Counted from the stretch's first letter, positions 21,397-29,521 are shown. The stretch is 60,478 nt of DNA from Thermoanaerobaculia bacterium (GCA_035525045.1 DATLEX010000304.1:1-60478); one strand, 5' to 3'. Notes: generated from the letters alone by a model not told the origin. Numbers and translations: made by a program.

Positions 21397-21816
21397 TCAG
21401 ACCGTCTCGTCGACGGCGGGGGCCGGCGCGGGAGCCGGGGCAGGCGCCGGCTCGGGCGCGGCGAAGGCCGGGACGGGGCGGACGCGCTCTTTCTTCGGGT
21501 TGCGCTTGGCGAGCTTGTCGGCGCGCTTCAGATCGAGATCCGTGCGCACGATCAGGTGCCGTAGGACGCGATCGGAGTTCTTCATCCGCCGATCGAGCTC
21601 CGCGAGCGAGCCTTCGCTCTCGAAGACGAAGAGATGGTAGATCCCTTCGGTCGACTTCTGGATGGGGTATGCGAGACGGCGGCGGCCCCACGCTTCTTCG
21701 TTCTTGAGCGTGGCGCCGGTGCCCTCGGCGATGGATCGGAACTCGCCGATCAGGGCTTTGGTCTCTTCCTCCGCGACTTGCGGAGAAAGGATGACCAGGA
21801 CCTCGTACGTCCTCAT
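21397..21816 (-). CDS. rpsF: 30S ribosomal protein S6 (with Pro/Ala-repeat C-terminal tail)
   Basis: MRTYEVLVILSPQVAEEETKALIGEF...WGRRRLAYPI...GIYHLFVFE. SD AAGGAGGA lies before ATG 21816. The tail is PEPAPAPAPAPAPA. Confidence 0.92.
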   Translation of the reverse strand: MRTYEVLVILSPQVAEEETKALIGEFRSIAEGTGATLKNEEAWGRRRLAYPIQKSTEGIYHLFVFESEGSLAELDRRMKNSDRVLRHLIVRTDLDLKRADKLAKRNPKKERVRPVPAFAAPEPAPAPAPAPAPAVDETV

Positions 21817-21925
21817 GAATCCTCCTTCTGGCCTGGCGGGACCCTTCCGGGGGAGGGGTCCAAGGAGCAAGGCAGGTTGTAAATGATCTCCCGGCCGCAG
21901 GCCGGGGGGCTTCGAGTTCGCTTTC

Positions 21926-22001
21926 TGGAGCCGTTGACCGGACTTGAACCGGTGACCTGCTGATTACGAATCAGCTGCTCTACCAACTGAGCTACAACGG
22001 C
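21926..22001 (-). tRNA. tRNA-Thr (anticodon CGT)
   Basis: The reverse complement reads GCCGTTG-TA-GCTC-AGTTGGTA-GAGC-A-GCTGA-TTCGTAA-TCAGC-AGGTC-ACCGG-TTCAAGT-CCGGT-CAACGGC-T-CCA. 76 nt. Confidence 0.95.
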
Positions 22002-22102
22002 TTACGGGTACGACGGAACCGCGAGAACAACGCGGCCCGCGATTCTATTCGCACGCTCCGCGGCTGTCCAGACCATGCGCCCAGGCGGCCCGCGGCGTTA
22101 AA

Positions 22103-22972
22103 ATGCGCCGCGGTCCGAAATCCCCGACGCGATCAGGAGGGTGCTTGTCCGAGGGCGAGGTTTTCGTTCTGATTCTCTCACTCATCCTCGCCCTGCTCGG
22201 CGCGGGGGTCAACAGCACCGGCGGTCTCCATTCTCTCTTCTTTCGCAGGAACCCCGCCGTCGGCATCGTCCGCCTGAGCGTCATCCTGGCGATGCTCTGG
22301 ATCGCCTACGTCCTCTGGAACCATGCCGATCCGAGCGTGAAGGGGATCTACGTCTTCTTCTACCTGCTGATGGGCTTCGCCGTGGTGAAGCTGTTCGGCC
22401 AGTCGCTGGCCATGGCCTTCGGCGCCAGCACCCGCCACGACGCCGGGGAGCGGCGGAACATGGCCGCGGCCATCGTCATCGCCGGCCTGACCCTCTCGAC
22501 CGGCATGATCTTCGGCGGAAGCCTCTGGGGAGAGGCCGACCCGGTGGGCGACGAGGAGGGTGGCTGGTGGATTCCGGTGACCTTCTTTCTCCTCGGCTGG
22601 GGGTGCCTGATGGCCGTGTTCGGCCTCTACCTCCGGCGCGACAAAGCGCGGTTTTCGCACCAGCTCCGGCGGGAGCGGAATGTCCCGGCGGCACGCGCGG
22701 CGGCAGCGTTCCTCATCTCCTGCGCCGTCCCGCTCACCGAGGCTGTCTCGGGAGACTTCTGGGGATGGCGGCACGGCCTCTCCACGTTCGGCGTCCTGGC
22801 CCTGCTGCTGATCGCGCATGAGGTGTTCGCTTCCTGGACTGGCGGCGCCGCGAGCGAGATGGATACGGCAAGCGACGCGCGCCGTATCGCGGAGACGGTG
22901 GTCTATCTCTTCCTCGGCGGCGTGGCCTGGGGCCTCCATCGGCTCGCCGACCGGGTCTGGGGGCCTGGATGA
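22103..22972 (+). CDS. Polytopic membrane protein of unknown function (weak DUF350/YjfL-like motif)
   Basis: About 8 hydrophobic segments. NMAAAIVIAGLTLSTGMIFGG resembles the N-x-AA...G..L..G motif of DUF350. The start is uncertain: in-frame TTG 22145 follows AGGAGG at 22135-22140. The stop overlaps the next gene (ATGA). Confidence 0.65.
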   Translation: MRRGPKSPTRSGGCLSEGEVFVLILSLILALLGAGVNSTGGLHSLFFRRNPAVGIVRLSVILAMLWIAYVLWNHADPSVKGIYVFFYLLMGFAVVKLFGQSLAMAFGASTRHDAGERRNMAAAIVIAGLTLSTGMIFGGSLWGEADPVGDEEGGWWIPVTFFLLGWGCLMAVFGLYLRRDKARFSHQLRRERNVPAARAAAAFLISCAVPLTEAVSGDFWGWRHGLSTFGVLALLLIAHEVFASWTGGAASEMDTASDARRIAETVVYLFLGGVAWGLHRLADRVWGPG

Positions 22973-24207
22973 GCGACGCGCTCGCCGTCGCTCCCGCGAC
23001 GAGCGCTCCTGAGCTCCGCACGGAGCGATGGGCGCTCACCTCCGCCGAGCAGGCAGGCATCATCCGCGATCTCCGCTTCCGCTACTTCAAGTGGGACGCG
23101 TTCACCGGCGGGGTCTGCCGCGTCGTTCCGGAGACGATGGTCCTGAGCCGTTCCACGCACGAGGAGATCGTCCGCATCGTCGAGACGCTCAGCCGGGCCC
23201 TGGAGCGCTTCGAGCGGCGCGTCGGAAGCGAGGGCGAGACACTGCGGCGTCTCGGCATTCCAGGCGCGCTCGATCCGCTCATGGGCGGAGAGGATGACGA
23301 GACACTCCAGATCGCCCGGTATGACCTCTTCCTGACCGAGGAGGGGCGGTGGATGGTGTCGGAGTTCAACGAGGACGCGCCGGGCGGGTTCAACGAGACG
23401 GCCGGCCTCCCGGAGCTCCTCGGAGACCTCGGCGGCGGCCTGACGTGGGAAGGCGACCTCTGCCGGCACCTCCTCGCGGCGCTCCGCCCCTACGATTCGA
23501 TCGCGCTCCTCTACGCGACGGCCTACGCCGAGGACCTCCAGCACATGCTCATCCTGGAGCGATGGCTGGAGGCCGCCGGTCACCGCACCGTGCTCGCCTC
23601 GCCCGAACACCTCCGCGCCGGCCTGGGGCGCCCGCGGGTGCTGGGCACTCCCATCGACGCTGCGTTCCGCTTCTTTCCCGGCGAATGGATGCCGCGCCTC
23701 CCGAACATCCGGACCTGGCTGAAGGTCGCCGCGCGCCTGCCCGTGATGAACCCCCTGCGGCGCCTGGTCCGGCAGAGCAAGAGCATGTTCGCCCTCTGGC
23801 GCGAGGAAGCGTTCCTCGATCCGGAAGACCGGCGGCTCGTCGACGAGCACTGCCCCTGGACCGAGTCGTTCGATCCGGACAAGGTACCGATGCTCGTCGA
23901 GGAGCGGGAACGGTGGGTGCTCAAGGGTGCGTTCGGACGAATGGGAGACTCCGTGGTGATCGGCACCCTCGTCACGGAGAAGGAGTGGAGCGAGTCGCTC
24001 GCGCGCGCCGCGCTCTCGCCGCGCGACTTCTGCGTCCAGGAGCGCTTCGCCGTCCGGCCGCTCGCGTTCGAGCAGGGAGCGCTCTACCCGACCGTCGGCG
24101 CCTACGTCGTGAACGGTCGTTTCGCCGGTTATTACAGTCGCGCCGCGGCGCGGCCACTCATCACTCACGAGGCTTACCATGTGGCAACCGCTGTCGCGAG
24201 TACTTGA
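22969..24207 (+). CDS. Glutathionylspermidine-synthase-like ATP-grasp ligase (YgiC/YjfC family)
   Basis: ARYDLFLTEEGRWMVSEFNEDAPGGFNET, FRFFPGEWM...NPLRRLVRQSKSMFALW, RWVLKGAFGRMGDSVVIG and QERFAVRPL...VGAYVVNGRFAGYYSR are colinear with my recollection of E. coli YgiC. Confidence 0.85.
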   Translation: MSDALAVAPATSAPELRTERWALTSAEQAGIIRDLRFRYFKWDAFTGGVCRVVPETMVLSRSTHEEIVRIVETLSRALERFERRVGSEGETLRRLGIPGALDPLMGGEDDETLQIARYDLFLTEEGRWMVSEFNEDAPGGFNETAGLPELLGDLGGGLTWEGDLCRHLLAALRPYDSIALLYATAYAEDLQHMLILERWLEAAGHRTVLASPEHLRAGLGRPRVLGTPIDAAFRFFPGEWMPRLPNIRTWLKVAARLPVMNPLRRLVRQSKSMFALWREEAFLDPEDRRLVDEHCPWTESFDPDKVPMLVEERERWVLKGAFGRMGDSVVIGTLVTEKEWSESLARAALSPRDFCVQERFAVRPLAFEQGALYPTVGAYVVNGRFAGYYSRAAARPLITHEAYHVATAVAST

Positions 24208-25123
24208 GGTCCTCGGCCGGATCCGCATCCGGTTCGCCGGCCTGTTCCGCCAGGACCTGACGGTCGGCGACTCCTCGGCCGCCGACGCCGAGGGGGGCCA
24301 GGTCTGGCGCAGCTTCCTGTTCGCCGAGCGGCTCTACGACGTCTGGGGGCCGATGCCGGAGTCGCCCTGGACGCCGTTCCACTGCATCCCCCTCTTTGCG
24401 GCGGTCGACCGGGTGCCGAGGGGACGCATCGGCCCCACCCCCCCTCCCGGCTCGACGGCGGCGAACGGGAAGAGTCCGCAGAGTGCGATCCTCCCGGACC
24501 ATGCCAGGCCGGGCGCTGCCGCGCCGGCGTGGATGTCGCCCAAGGTGTTGACGATTCTCGATCTGCCGGGCCCCGCCTGCGTCGAGGCGGCGGCATGGCT
24601 CATCGCCGCCTCCGGCTGTCAGCCCGTTTGTACGTTCAACAACTGGCCGCACGCGAAGGGCCTGCTTCGTCCGGAGCTGATCCTGGCCGAGCTTCTCCGC
24701 TGGGCATCGACGATCAGCGAGGCTCGCCGGCGGCTGACGCCGGCCTCGCCGCCGCTCTGGATCTGCGCCAGCGAGCGCCTCGGGGCCCGGAAGGGACGGC
24801 CCGGCGAGTTCGACAACCGGTACTTCCTGGAGGACGCAGTCCTTCCGGGCCCGGGCCTGCTGAAAGCGGCGGGGATTCACCGCGTGGTCTACCTGACGCA
24901 TGACCCGGCGCCGGCGCCGGTGATCGACCTCGACGGATACTTCTTCGATCTCGAGACCGCGGGGATTCCGGTCCAGATCGCCGACATCATGGAGCCGGCC
25001 CTGACGCTCCGGCCATGGGTGACGCGGCCGCCGCGGCGGTTCAGCGCCTCGAGCTTCAAGCGATCGTCCGCCGGCGGATTCGGGACCACGGTCCCGGAGC
25101 CTTCGTCGGGCGGCGGCGGGTGA
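24179..25123 (+). CDS. Hypothetical protein (314 aa), co-operonic with the ATP-grasp ligase
   Basis: Balanced composition (W, F, Y, C present), unlike the Arg-rich antisense ORF. The start overlaps the ligase 3' end by 29 nt. No recognisable motif. Confidence 0.6.
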   Translation: MWQPLSRVLEVLGRIRIRFAGLFRQDLTVGDSSAADAEGGQVWRSFLFAERLYDVWGPMPESPWTPFHCIPLFAAVDRVPRGRIGPTPPPGSTAANGKSPQSAILPDHARPGAAAPAWMSPKVLTILDLPGPACVEAAAWLIAASGCQPVCTFNNWPHAKGLLRPELILAELLRWASTISEARRRLTPASPPLWICASERLGARKGRPGEFDNRYFLEDAVLPGPGLLKAAGIHRVVYLTHDPAPAPVIDLDGYFFDLETAGIPVQIADIMEPALTLRPWVTRPPRRFSASSFKRSSAGGFGTTVPEPSSGGGG

Positions 25124-25156
25124 GACGGGCCGGGCAGAGCAACTGGCGGGGATCCG

Positions 25157-25381
25157 TCACGGCAGGTAGCGGCGGGCCGGGACTCCTTCCGGGTTACTGA
25201 TGCTGAGCTCTGCCATCCGTCGCAGCATCTCCCGCGATCTCGCGTCTCCGTGCTCGTAGCCTCCGATCAACTCGTGCCGCACGTACTCGACTCCTCGCCG
25301 ATTGTTGACGTGGTCCGTTGCAGGCCGAGAGTTCGGTTGAAGCTCGATGCCGCGGTTCACCGACACTAAATCGGAGTTCAT
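25157..25381 (-). CDS. Small hypothetical protein (74 aa) with atypical codon usage
   Basis: MNSDLVSVNRGIELQPNSRPATDHVNNRRGVEYVRHELIGGYEHGDARSREMLRRMAELSISNPEG. Many A/T-ending codons (TTA, CTT, CAA, TCT, AAT, CGA, GGA) in a genome that otherwise avoids them. It could be a gene fragment. Confidence 0.35.
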   Translation of the reverse strand: MNSDLVSVNRGIELQPNSRPATDHVNNRRGVEYVRHELIGGYEHGDARSREMLRRMAELSISNPEGVPARRYLP

Positions 25382-25459
25382 GGCATGCAATCTGGCCGCA
25401 AAACGCGGCCAGCGGTTCAACGCTGCAAATCACGATGTGGTAGGGTTTTCCCACCACAG

Positions 25460-25536
25460 GCGCCCTTAGCTCAATTGGACAGAGCATCAGACTTCGGATC
25501 TGAGGGTTGGGGGTTCGAGTCCCTCAGGGCGCGCCA
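25460..25536 (+). tRNA. tRNA-Arg (anticodon TCG)
   Basis: GCGCCCT-TA-GCTC-AATTGGACA-GAGC-A-TCAGA-CTTCGGA-TCTGA-GGGTT-GGGGG-TTCGAGT-CCCTC-AGGGCGC-G-CCA. 77 nt. Confidence 0.95.
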
Positions 25537-25779
25537 GAACCGCTCTCGAGATCACGCCGCCGGATCTTCGGCCCGAGCAGCCGTTCGAACTCCTCCATCA
25601 GCACCGTATGGCAGCCGCAGGCTGCCTCCTCGAGACGCCGCAGGTCGAGGATGCGCATGACCCCCCGGGTGGCCGGGCCGATGAAGGACCTTCCCTAGCT
25701 GGCGAAGCTCCATATACGGCTTCAAACGCTCGAACGTCTCGTCCGGCAGCGCGGCCAGGAGGCGGTTCCGTTTCGGCAT
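25524..25779 (-). pseudogene. Internally deleted, frameshifted remnant of a Crp/Fnr-family transcription regulator
   Basis: The N-terminal ~35 codons MPKRNRLLAALPDETFERLKPYMELRQLGKVLHRPG match the family N-terminus. After a frame change near 25665 the sequence reads GVMRILDLRRLEEAACGCHTVLMEEFERLLGPK, which matches the family C-terminus (RGxIxILDRxxLExxACECYxxVxxExxRLL). The ~150 central codons (cNMP-binding beta-barrel and HTH) are absent. The C-terminal frame stops inside the tRNA-Arg 3' arm. Confidence 0.55.
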
Positions 25780-25837
25780 GAACCGCGATCATATCGCCCG
25801 CGCCGGAGGCCCACGCCCGGGAGCCCACGGCACCGCC

Positions 25838-26050
25838 TCAGCACTTTCCGAATGGACATTTGAACACCGGCGGCTCTTCGTTGGCGACGACGTCGGCGAG
25901 AGACTCCGCGCACGTGGCGCGCTGCTCGAGGTCGCAGTGGAGCCCCGCGCACGACTCGAGGTGGAGCAGGATCGACGTCCGGATGTACGGCCAGCTGTGG
26001 TAGCGCTCGACCTCGAGATCGGTACTGCAGGAGGGACAGCGAATCGGCAC
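25838..26050 (-). CDS. Small Cys-rich hypothetical protein (70 aa, possible zinc ribbon)
   Basis: GTG start preceded by GAGGGAG. GC3-rich codon usage typical of the genome. CPSC at the N-terminus, CPFGKC at the C-terminus, and three further Cys. Confidence 0.5.
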   Translation of the reverse strand: MPIRCPSCSTDLEVERYHSWPYIRTSILLHLESCAGLHCDLEQRATCAESLADVVANEEPPVFKCPFGKC

Positions 26051-26284
26051 ATGAACTCCCTCGATCGTCGGAGAGAGAGTTCGGCGACCTGTTCAGGAGA
26101 GTCGCGGGAGGGCCAAAACCCTACCCCCCGCATGAACAAAATGTCCCCTCCCGGGCGTGCTGACGCTTTCTTGACGTCCGACTGACGGCCAGACCGCCGA
26201 AATCGGCCCTGGCGTTCCGAATTCACGCCCTTCCACGTCCCCGGCAACAGAATCTTCCCGCACCCGCCTCTACCTTGTCCATGG

Positions 26285-26530
26285 ATGCCAATCTCTGCCG
26301 ATAACCTCGCGCTGCTCACCACACCGCTCTCCGACCGGGAGATCGGACTCCTCGTCCAGTTGACCGCCGACCCGTACGACCCGAAGGCGAGCAACCTTTT
26401 CGCGTACAGCGGCGCGCGCACGGCCGCCGGGCTGATGACCCGCCTCGCCGCAGCCGAGCCGGAGGAGCGGGCCATCCTCGTCATGGCCATCCGGAAGGCG
26501 ATCGACTCCGCCGGCGACGAGGAAGCCTAG
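26285..26530 (+). CDS. Hypothetical protein (81 aa)
   Basis: Genome-typical GC3-rich codons. No obvious SD. The 3' end overlaps the fabG stop by 4 nt (convergent). Confidence 0.45.
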   Translation: MPISADNLALLTTPLSDREIGLLVQLTADPYDPKASNLFAYSGARTAAGLMTRLAAAEPEERAILVMAIRKAIDSAGDEEA

Positions 26531-27255
26531 GTGTAGAGCCCGCCGCTGACGTTCACGACCGTGCCGGTGATGTAGGCCGCCTGATCGGACGCCAGAAACA
26601 CAACCGCATTGGCGACGTCCTGAGGAGCTCCGAGGCGGCGCAGGGCGATCCTCTCCTCCAGCTTCTCCCGCGCGCCCTCGAGGAGGGCTTCGGTCATGGC
26701 GGTCTCGATGAAGCCGGGCGCGACGGCGTTCACGGTGATGTTCCTCGATCCGATCTCGAGGGCCAGCGACTTGGTGAAGCCGATCAAGGCCGCCTTCGAG
26801 GAGGCGTAGTTGACCTGGCCGGCGTTGCCCATCAGGCCGACGACCGAGGAGATGTTGATGACCCGCCCCCAGCGGGCCCGGACCATCTTCTTCACGACTT
26901 CCTGGGTGATGTGGAAGGCGGAGTCGAGATTCGTGCGCAGCACCCGAGTCCAGGCCTCCGGTTTCATGCGGATGAACAGGTCGTCCTCGGTGATCCCGGC
27001 GTTGTTGACCAGGATGTCGATGGGCCGCTGCTCGAGCAGCGCCTTCACCTTCTCCCGGACGTCGTCCCCGGCGATGTCGAGCTCCACCGCCGTGGCGTTG
27101 CCGATCTCTTGGGCCACCAGCCGCACGCGGTCGGCGCTGCGCGCCGCGCAGAAGACGTGAGCGCCCGCGGCGCCGAGAGCACGGGCGATGGACTCGCCGA
27201 TTCCACGCGAGGCGCCGGTGACGAGTGCTGTCCTGCCGCTGAGATCGATCTTCAT
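26527..27255 (-). CDS. fabG: 3-oxoacyl-[ACP] reductase
   Basis: MKIDLSGRTALVTGASRGIGESIA, NNAGI, S..G..GNAGQVNYASSKAALIGFTKSLA, VNAVAPGFIET. ATG at 27255 overlaps the fabD stop (ATGA). Confidence 0.93.
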   Translation of the reverse strand: MKIDLSGRTALVTGASRGIGESIARALGAAGAHVFCAARSADRVRLVAQEIGNATAVELDIAGDDVREKVKALLEQRPIDILVNNAGITEDDLFIRMKPEAWTRVLRTNLDSAFHITQEVVKKMVRARWGRVINISSVVGLMGNAGQVNYASSKAALIGFTKSLALEIGSRNITVNAVAPGFIETAMTEALLEGAREKLEERIALRRLGAPQDVANAVVFLASDQAAYITGTVVNVSGGLYT

Positions 27256-28205
27256 GCCTTGCTCTTCTCCACGAATGCCTCGAGGGTCGGGACGTCGGAG
27301 ACGTTCACCAGCTCGACGGAACCATCGATGCGCCGGATGAGCCCCGTCAGGACATTGCCGGGGCCGACTTCCACGAACCGGCGCACGCCCATCGAGATCA
27401 TCCTCTGGACCGATTCGACCCAGCGGACCGGCGATGCCACCTGCCGCAGCAGCGCGTTCCGCACGGCGTGCGCGGTGCCGATCGGCGAGGCGTCGACGTT
27501 CGACACCAGCGAGAGCCACAGGTCGCGGATCGCCGCCGTGTCCAGGACCGGCCGCAGGCGTTCCTCGGCCGGCTTCATCAGCTCGCAGTGAAACGGGGCG
27601 GACACCGGAAGGGGAAGGGCGCGGCGAACGCCGCGCTTCTTCGCCACCTCGATGGCCCGCTCGACGCCGCTCTTCGTGCCGGCGATCACGATCTGTCCCG
27701 GCGCGTTGATGTTCGCCACCGAGACCACCTCACCCTGAGCAGCCTCCCGGCAGATCTCCTGTGCCTCCTCGACCGACGGCCCGATCAGCGCCGCCATGCC
27801 GCCGGTGCCGTCGGGGACGGCTTCCTGCATGAACTTCCCGCGGAGCCGGACGATCGTGGCCGCCTCCGCGGGAGTGAGTCCGCCGACGCTGACCATGGCG
27901 CTGTACTCGCCGAGGGAATGTCCCGCCACGATGTCGCGGCGCGTGGCTCCGAGCTCCTCGAGGACGGCGTGAATCGCCGCCGACACGGTGAGGATGGCGG
28001 GCTGCGTATTTTCGGTCAGCCTGAGGTTGTCGTCCGGGCCCTCGAAGCAGAGCCGGGAGAGCGGAAACCCGAGGGCGGCGTCGACCTCGTCGAAGACCTT
28101 CCGGGCGGCGGGAAAGCGTTCGGCCACGTCCTTCCCCATCCCCGCGTACTGGCTTCCCTGCCCGGGAAAGACAAAGGCGGTGTCGTGCTCCACGGCGCGG
28201 ATCAT
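27252..28205 (-). CDS. fabD: Malonyl-CoA:ACP transacylase
   Basis: FVFPGQGSQYAGMG, GHSLGEYSA, ...VSAPFHC. Confidence 0.93.
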   Translation of the reverse strand: MIRAVEHDTAFVFPGQGSQYAGMGKDVAERFPAARKVFDEVDAALGFPLSRLCFEGPDDNLRLTENTQPAILTVSAAIHAVLEELGATRRDIVAGHSLGEYSAMVSVGGLTPAEAATIVRLRGKFMQEAVPDGTGGMAALIGPSVEEAQEICREAAQGEVVSVANINAPGQIVIAGTKSGVERAIEVAKKRGVRRALPLPVSAPFHCELMKPAEERLRPVLDTAAIRDLWLSLVSNVDASPIGTAHAVRNALLRQVASPVRWVESVQRMISMGVRRFVEVGPGNVLTGLIRRIDGSVELVNVSDVPTLEAFVEKSKA

Positions 28206-28210
28206 ACACA

Positions 28211-28266
28211 GGGCTCAGGGGTCGGGGCTCAGGGCTCCGACCCACCCTCCCTCCGAGCCCCGAGGC
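28211..28266. repeat. Inverted arrays of a GGGCTCR heptamer: GGGCTCA GGGGTCG GGGCTCA GGGCTCC ... CCGAGCC CCGAGGC. They fill the plsX-fabD spacer.
   Basis: Read directly. Four tandem imperfect heptamers at 28211-28238, a 14-nt spacer, then two reverse-complement heptamers at 28253-28266. Only 5 nt from the fabD start and 6 nt from the plsX stop. Confidence 0.8.
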
Positions 28267-28272
28267 CCCGGT

Positions 28273-29325
28273 TCATTCCGCGGCGAGGGCGGAGGCGTGC
28301 TCGCGGCTGTGGAGGTCGCCGATCTTCTCGCGGATCTTCACGTCGACGCGGTTGAGGGAGAAGTCACGCGCCACGCGGATGGCGTTCTTGATGGCGTTGG
28401 AGTTGGATCGCCCGTGGCAGACGATGCACCCGCCCTTGACGCCGAGGAGGGGCGCGCCGCCGTACTCGGAGTAGTCCATCCGCTTCTTCAGTTCGTCGAA
28501 GGCGCCCCGGAGCAGGAGGGCTCCGACTTTTCGGAAGGGGCTGCGGGTCAACTCTTCACGGAGGGTGCGGCTGACGAACTCGCCGAGAGACTCCGAGGCC
28601 TTCAGCACCACGTTGCCGATGAAGCCGTCGCAGACCACCACGTCGGCGTTGCCGTTGAAGACGTCGCGGCCCTCCACGTTGCCGATGAAGTTCAGTCCCG
28701 TCTCCTTCATCACCCGGAAGGTATCCCGCGTCAGCTCGTTGCCCTTCCCTTCCTCTTCGCCGATGGAGAGAAGCCCCACGCGGGGATGGGAGATCCCGAA
28801 GAGCATCTGGGCATAGAAATGCCCCATGACGGCAAATTCGCGCAGGTGGCTGGGTTTGGAGTCGACGTTGGCGCCGACGTCGAGCAGCACGGTGTGCTCC
28901 CTCGCGTTCGGCAGGATCGCGGCGAGGGCGGGGCGGCTGACCCCCTCGATCGTGCCGAGGACCTTGTAGGCCGAGGTCATGGCGGCGCCGGTATGCCCGG
29001 CCGAGAGCATGGCGTCGGCGCGCCCCTCGGCGATGAGGTTGGCGCAGACCCGGATCGAGGAGTTGCGCTTTTTCCGCAGCGGAGCGAGGGAGTTGTCCCC
29101 CATCTCCACCACTTCCCGGGCATCGACGATCTGCAGGCGGGAGGGGACGGGCGAGACCAGCGTCTTCAGGCGCTCGCGGACGATCTCTTCCTTCCCCACG
29201 ACCAGGATCTCGACCGGGTACTCCTCGATGGCGAGCAGAGCACCTTTGAGGACCTCGTCAGGTGCGTGGTCGCCGCCCATCGCGTCGAGCGCGATGCGGC
29301 AGTCCGCTCTACCGCCGTCCGCCAT
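28273..29325 (-). CDS. plsX: Phosphate:acyl-ACP acyltransferase
   Basis: RIALDAMGGDHAPDEVLKGA...HTGA...GFIGNVVLK...APLLGVKGGCIVCHGRS. Confidence 0.93.
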   Translation of the reverse strand: MADGGRADCRIALDAMGGDHAPDEVLKGALLAIEEYPVEILVVGKEEIVRERLKTLVSPVPSRLQIVDAREVVEMGDNSLAPLRKKRNSSIRVCANLIAEGRADAMLSAGHTGAAMTSAYKVLGTIEGVSRPALAAILPNAREHTVLLDVGANVDSKPSHLREFAVMGHFYAQMLFGISHPRVGLLSIGEEEGKGNELTRDTFRVMKETGLNFIGNVEGRDVFNGNADVVVCDGFIGNVVLKASESLGEFVSRTLREELTRSPFRKVGALLLRGAFDELKKRMDYSEYGGAPLLGVKGGCIVCHGRSNSNAIKNAIRVARDFSLNRVDVKIREKIGDLHSREHASALAAE

Positions 29326-29335
29326 GCACGTGGGA

Positions 29336-29521
29336 CTAGAGGGCGTCCTTGACGGCGATGACCTCGCGGCCCTTGTAGTAGCCGCACTTGGGGCAGACGC
29401 GGTGAGGGAGCTTCGCCTCGTGGCACTGCGGGCAGGTGGAGAGCGACTTCTTCTGCAGGAAGTCGTGCGCCCGGCGCGAGCGCGTCCTGGCCTTGGAGTG
29501 GCGTCGTTTCGGATTTGGCAT
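29336..29521 (-). CDS. rpmF: 50S ribosomal protein L32
   Basis: MPNPKRRHSKARTRSRRAHD...CPQCHEAKLPHRVCPKCGYYKGREV. Confidence 0.93.
   Translation of the reverse strand: MPNPKRRHSKARTRSRRAHDFLQKKSLSTCPQCHEAKLPHRVCPKCGYYKGREVIAVKDAL

Noticed and set aside
21397-21480. GC-rich (GCNGGN) periodic DNA at the rpsF 3' end as a possible independent repeat element
   Set aside because: It is simply the coding sequence of the Pro/Ala-rich S6 C-terminal tail, in frame with rpsF.
25598-25952. Small ORFs 25598..25828(-) and 25722..25952(-) in the tRNA-Arg patch
   Set aside because: They are Arg/Gly-rich, overlap the better-supported Crp-remnant frame and lack an SD. They are most likely non-coding.
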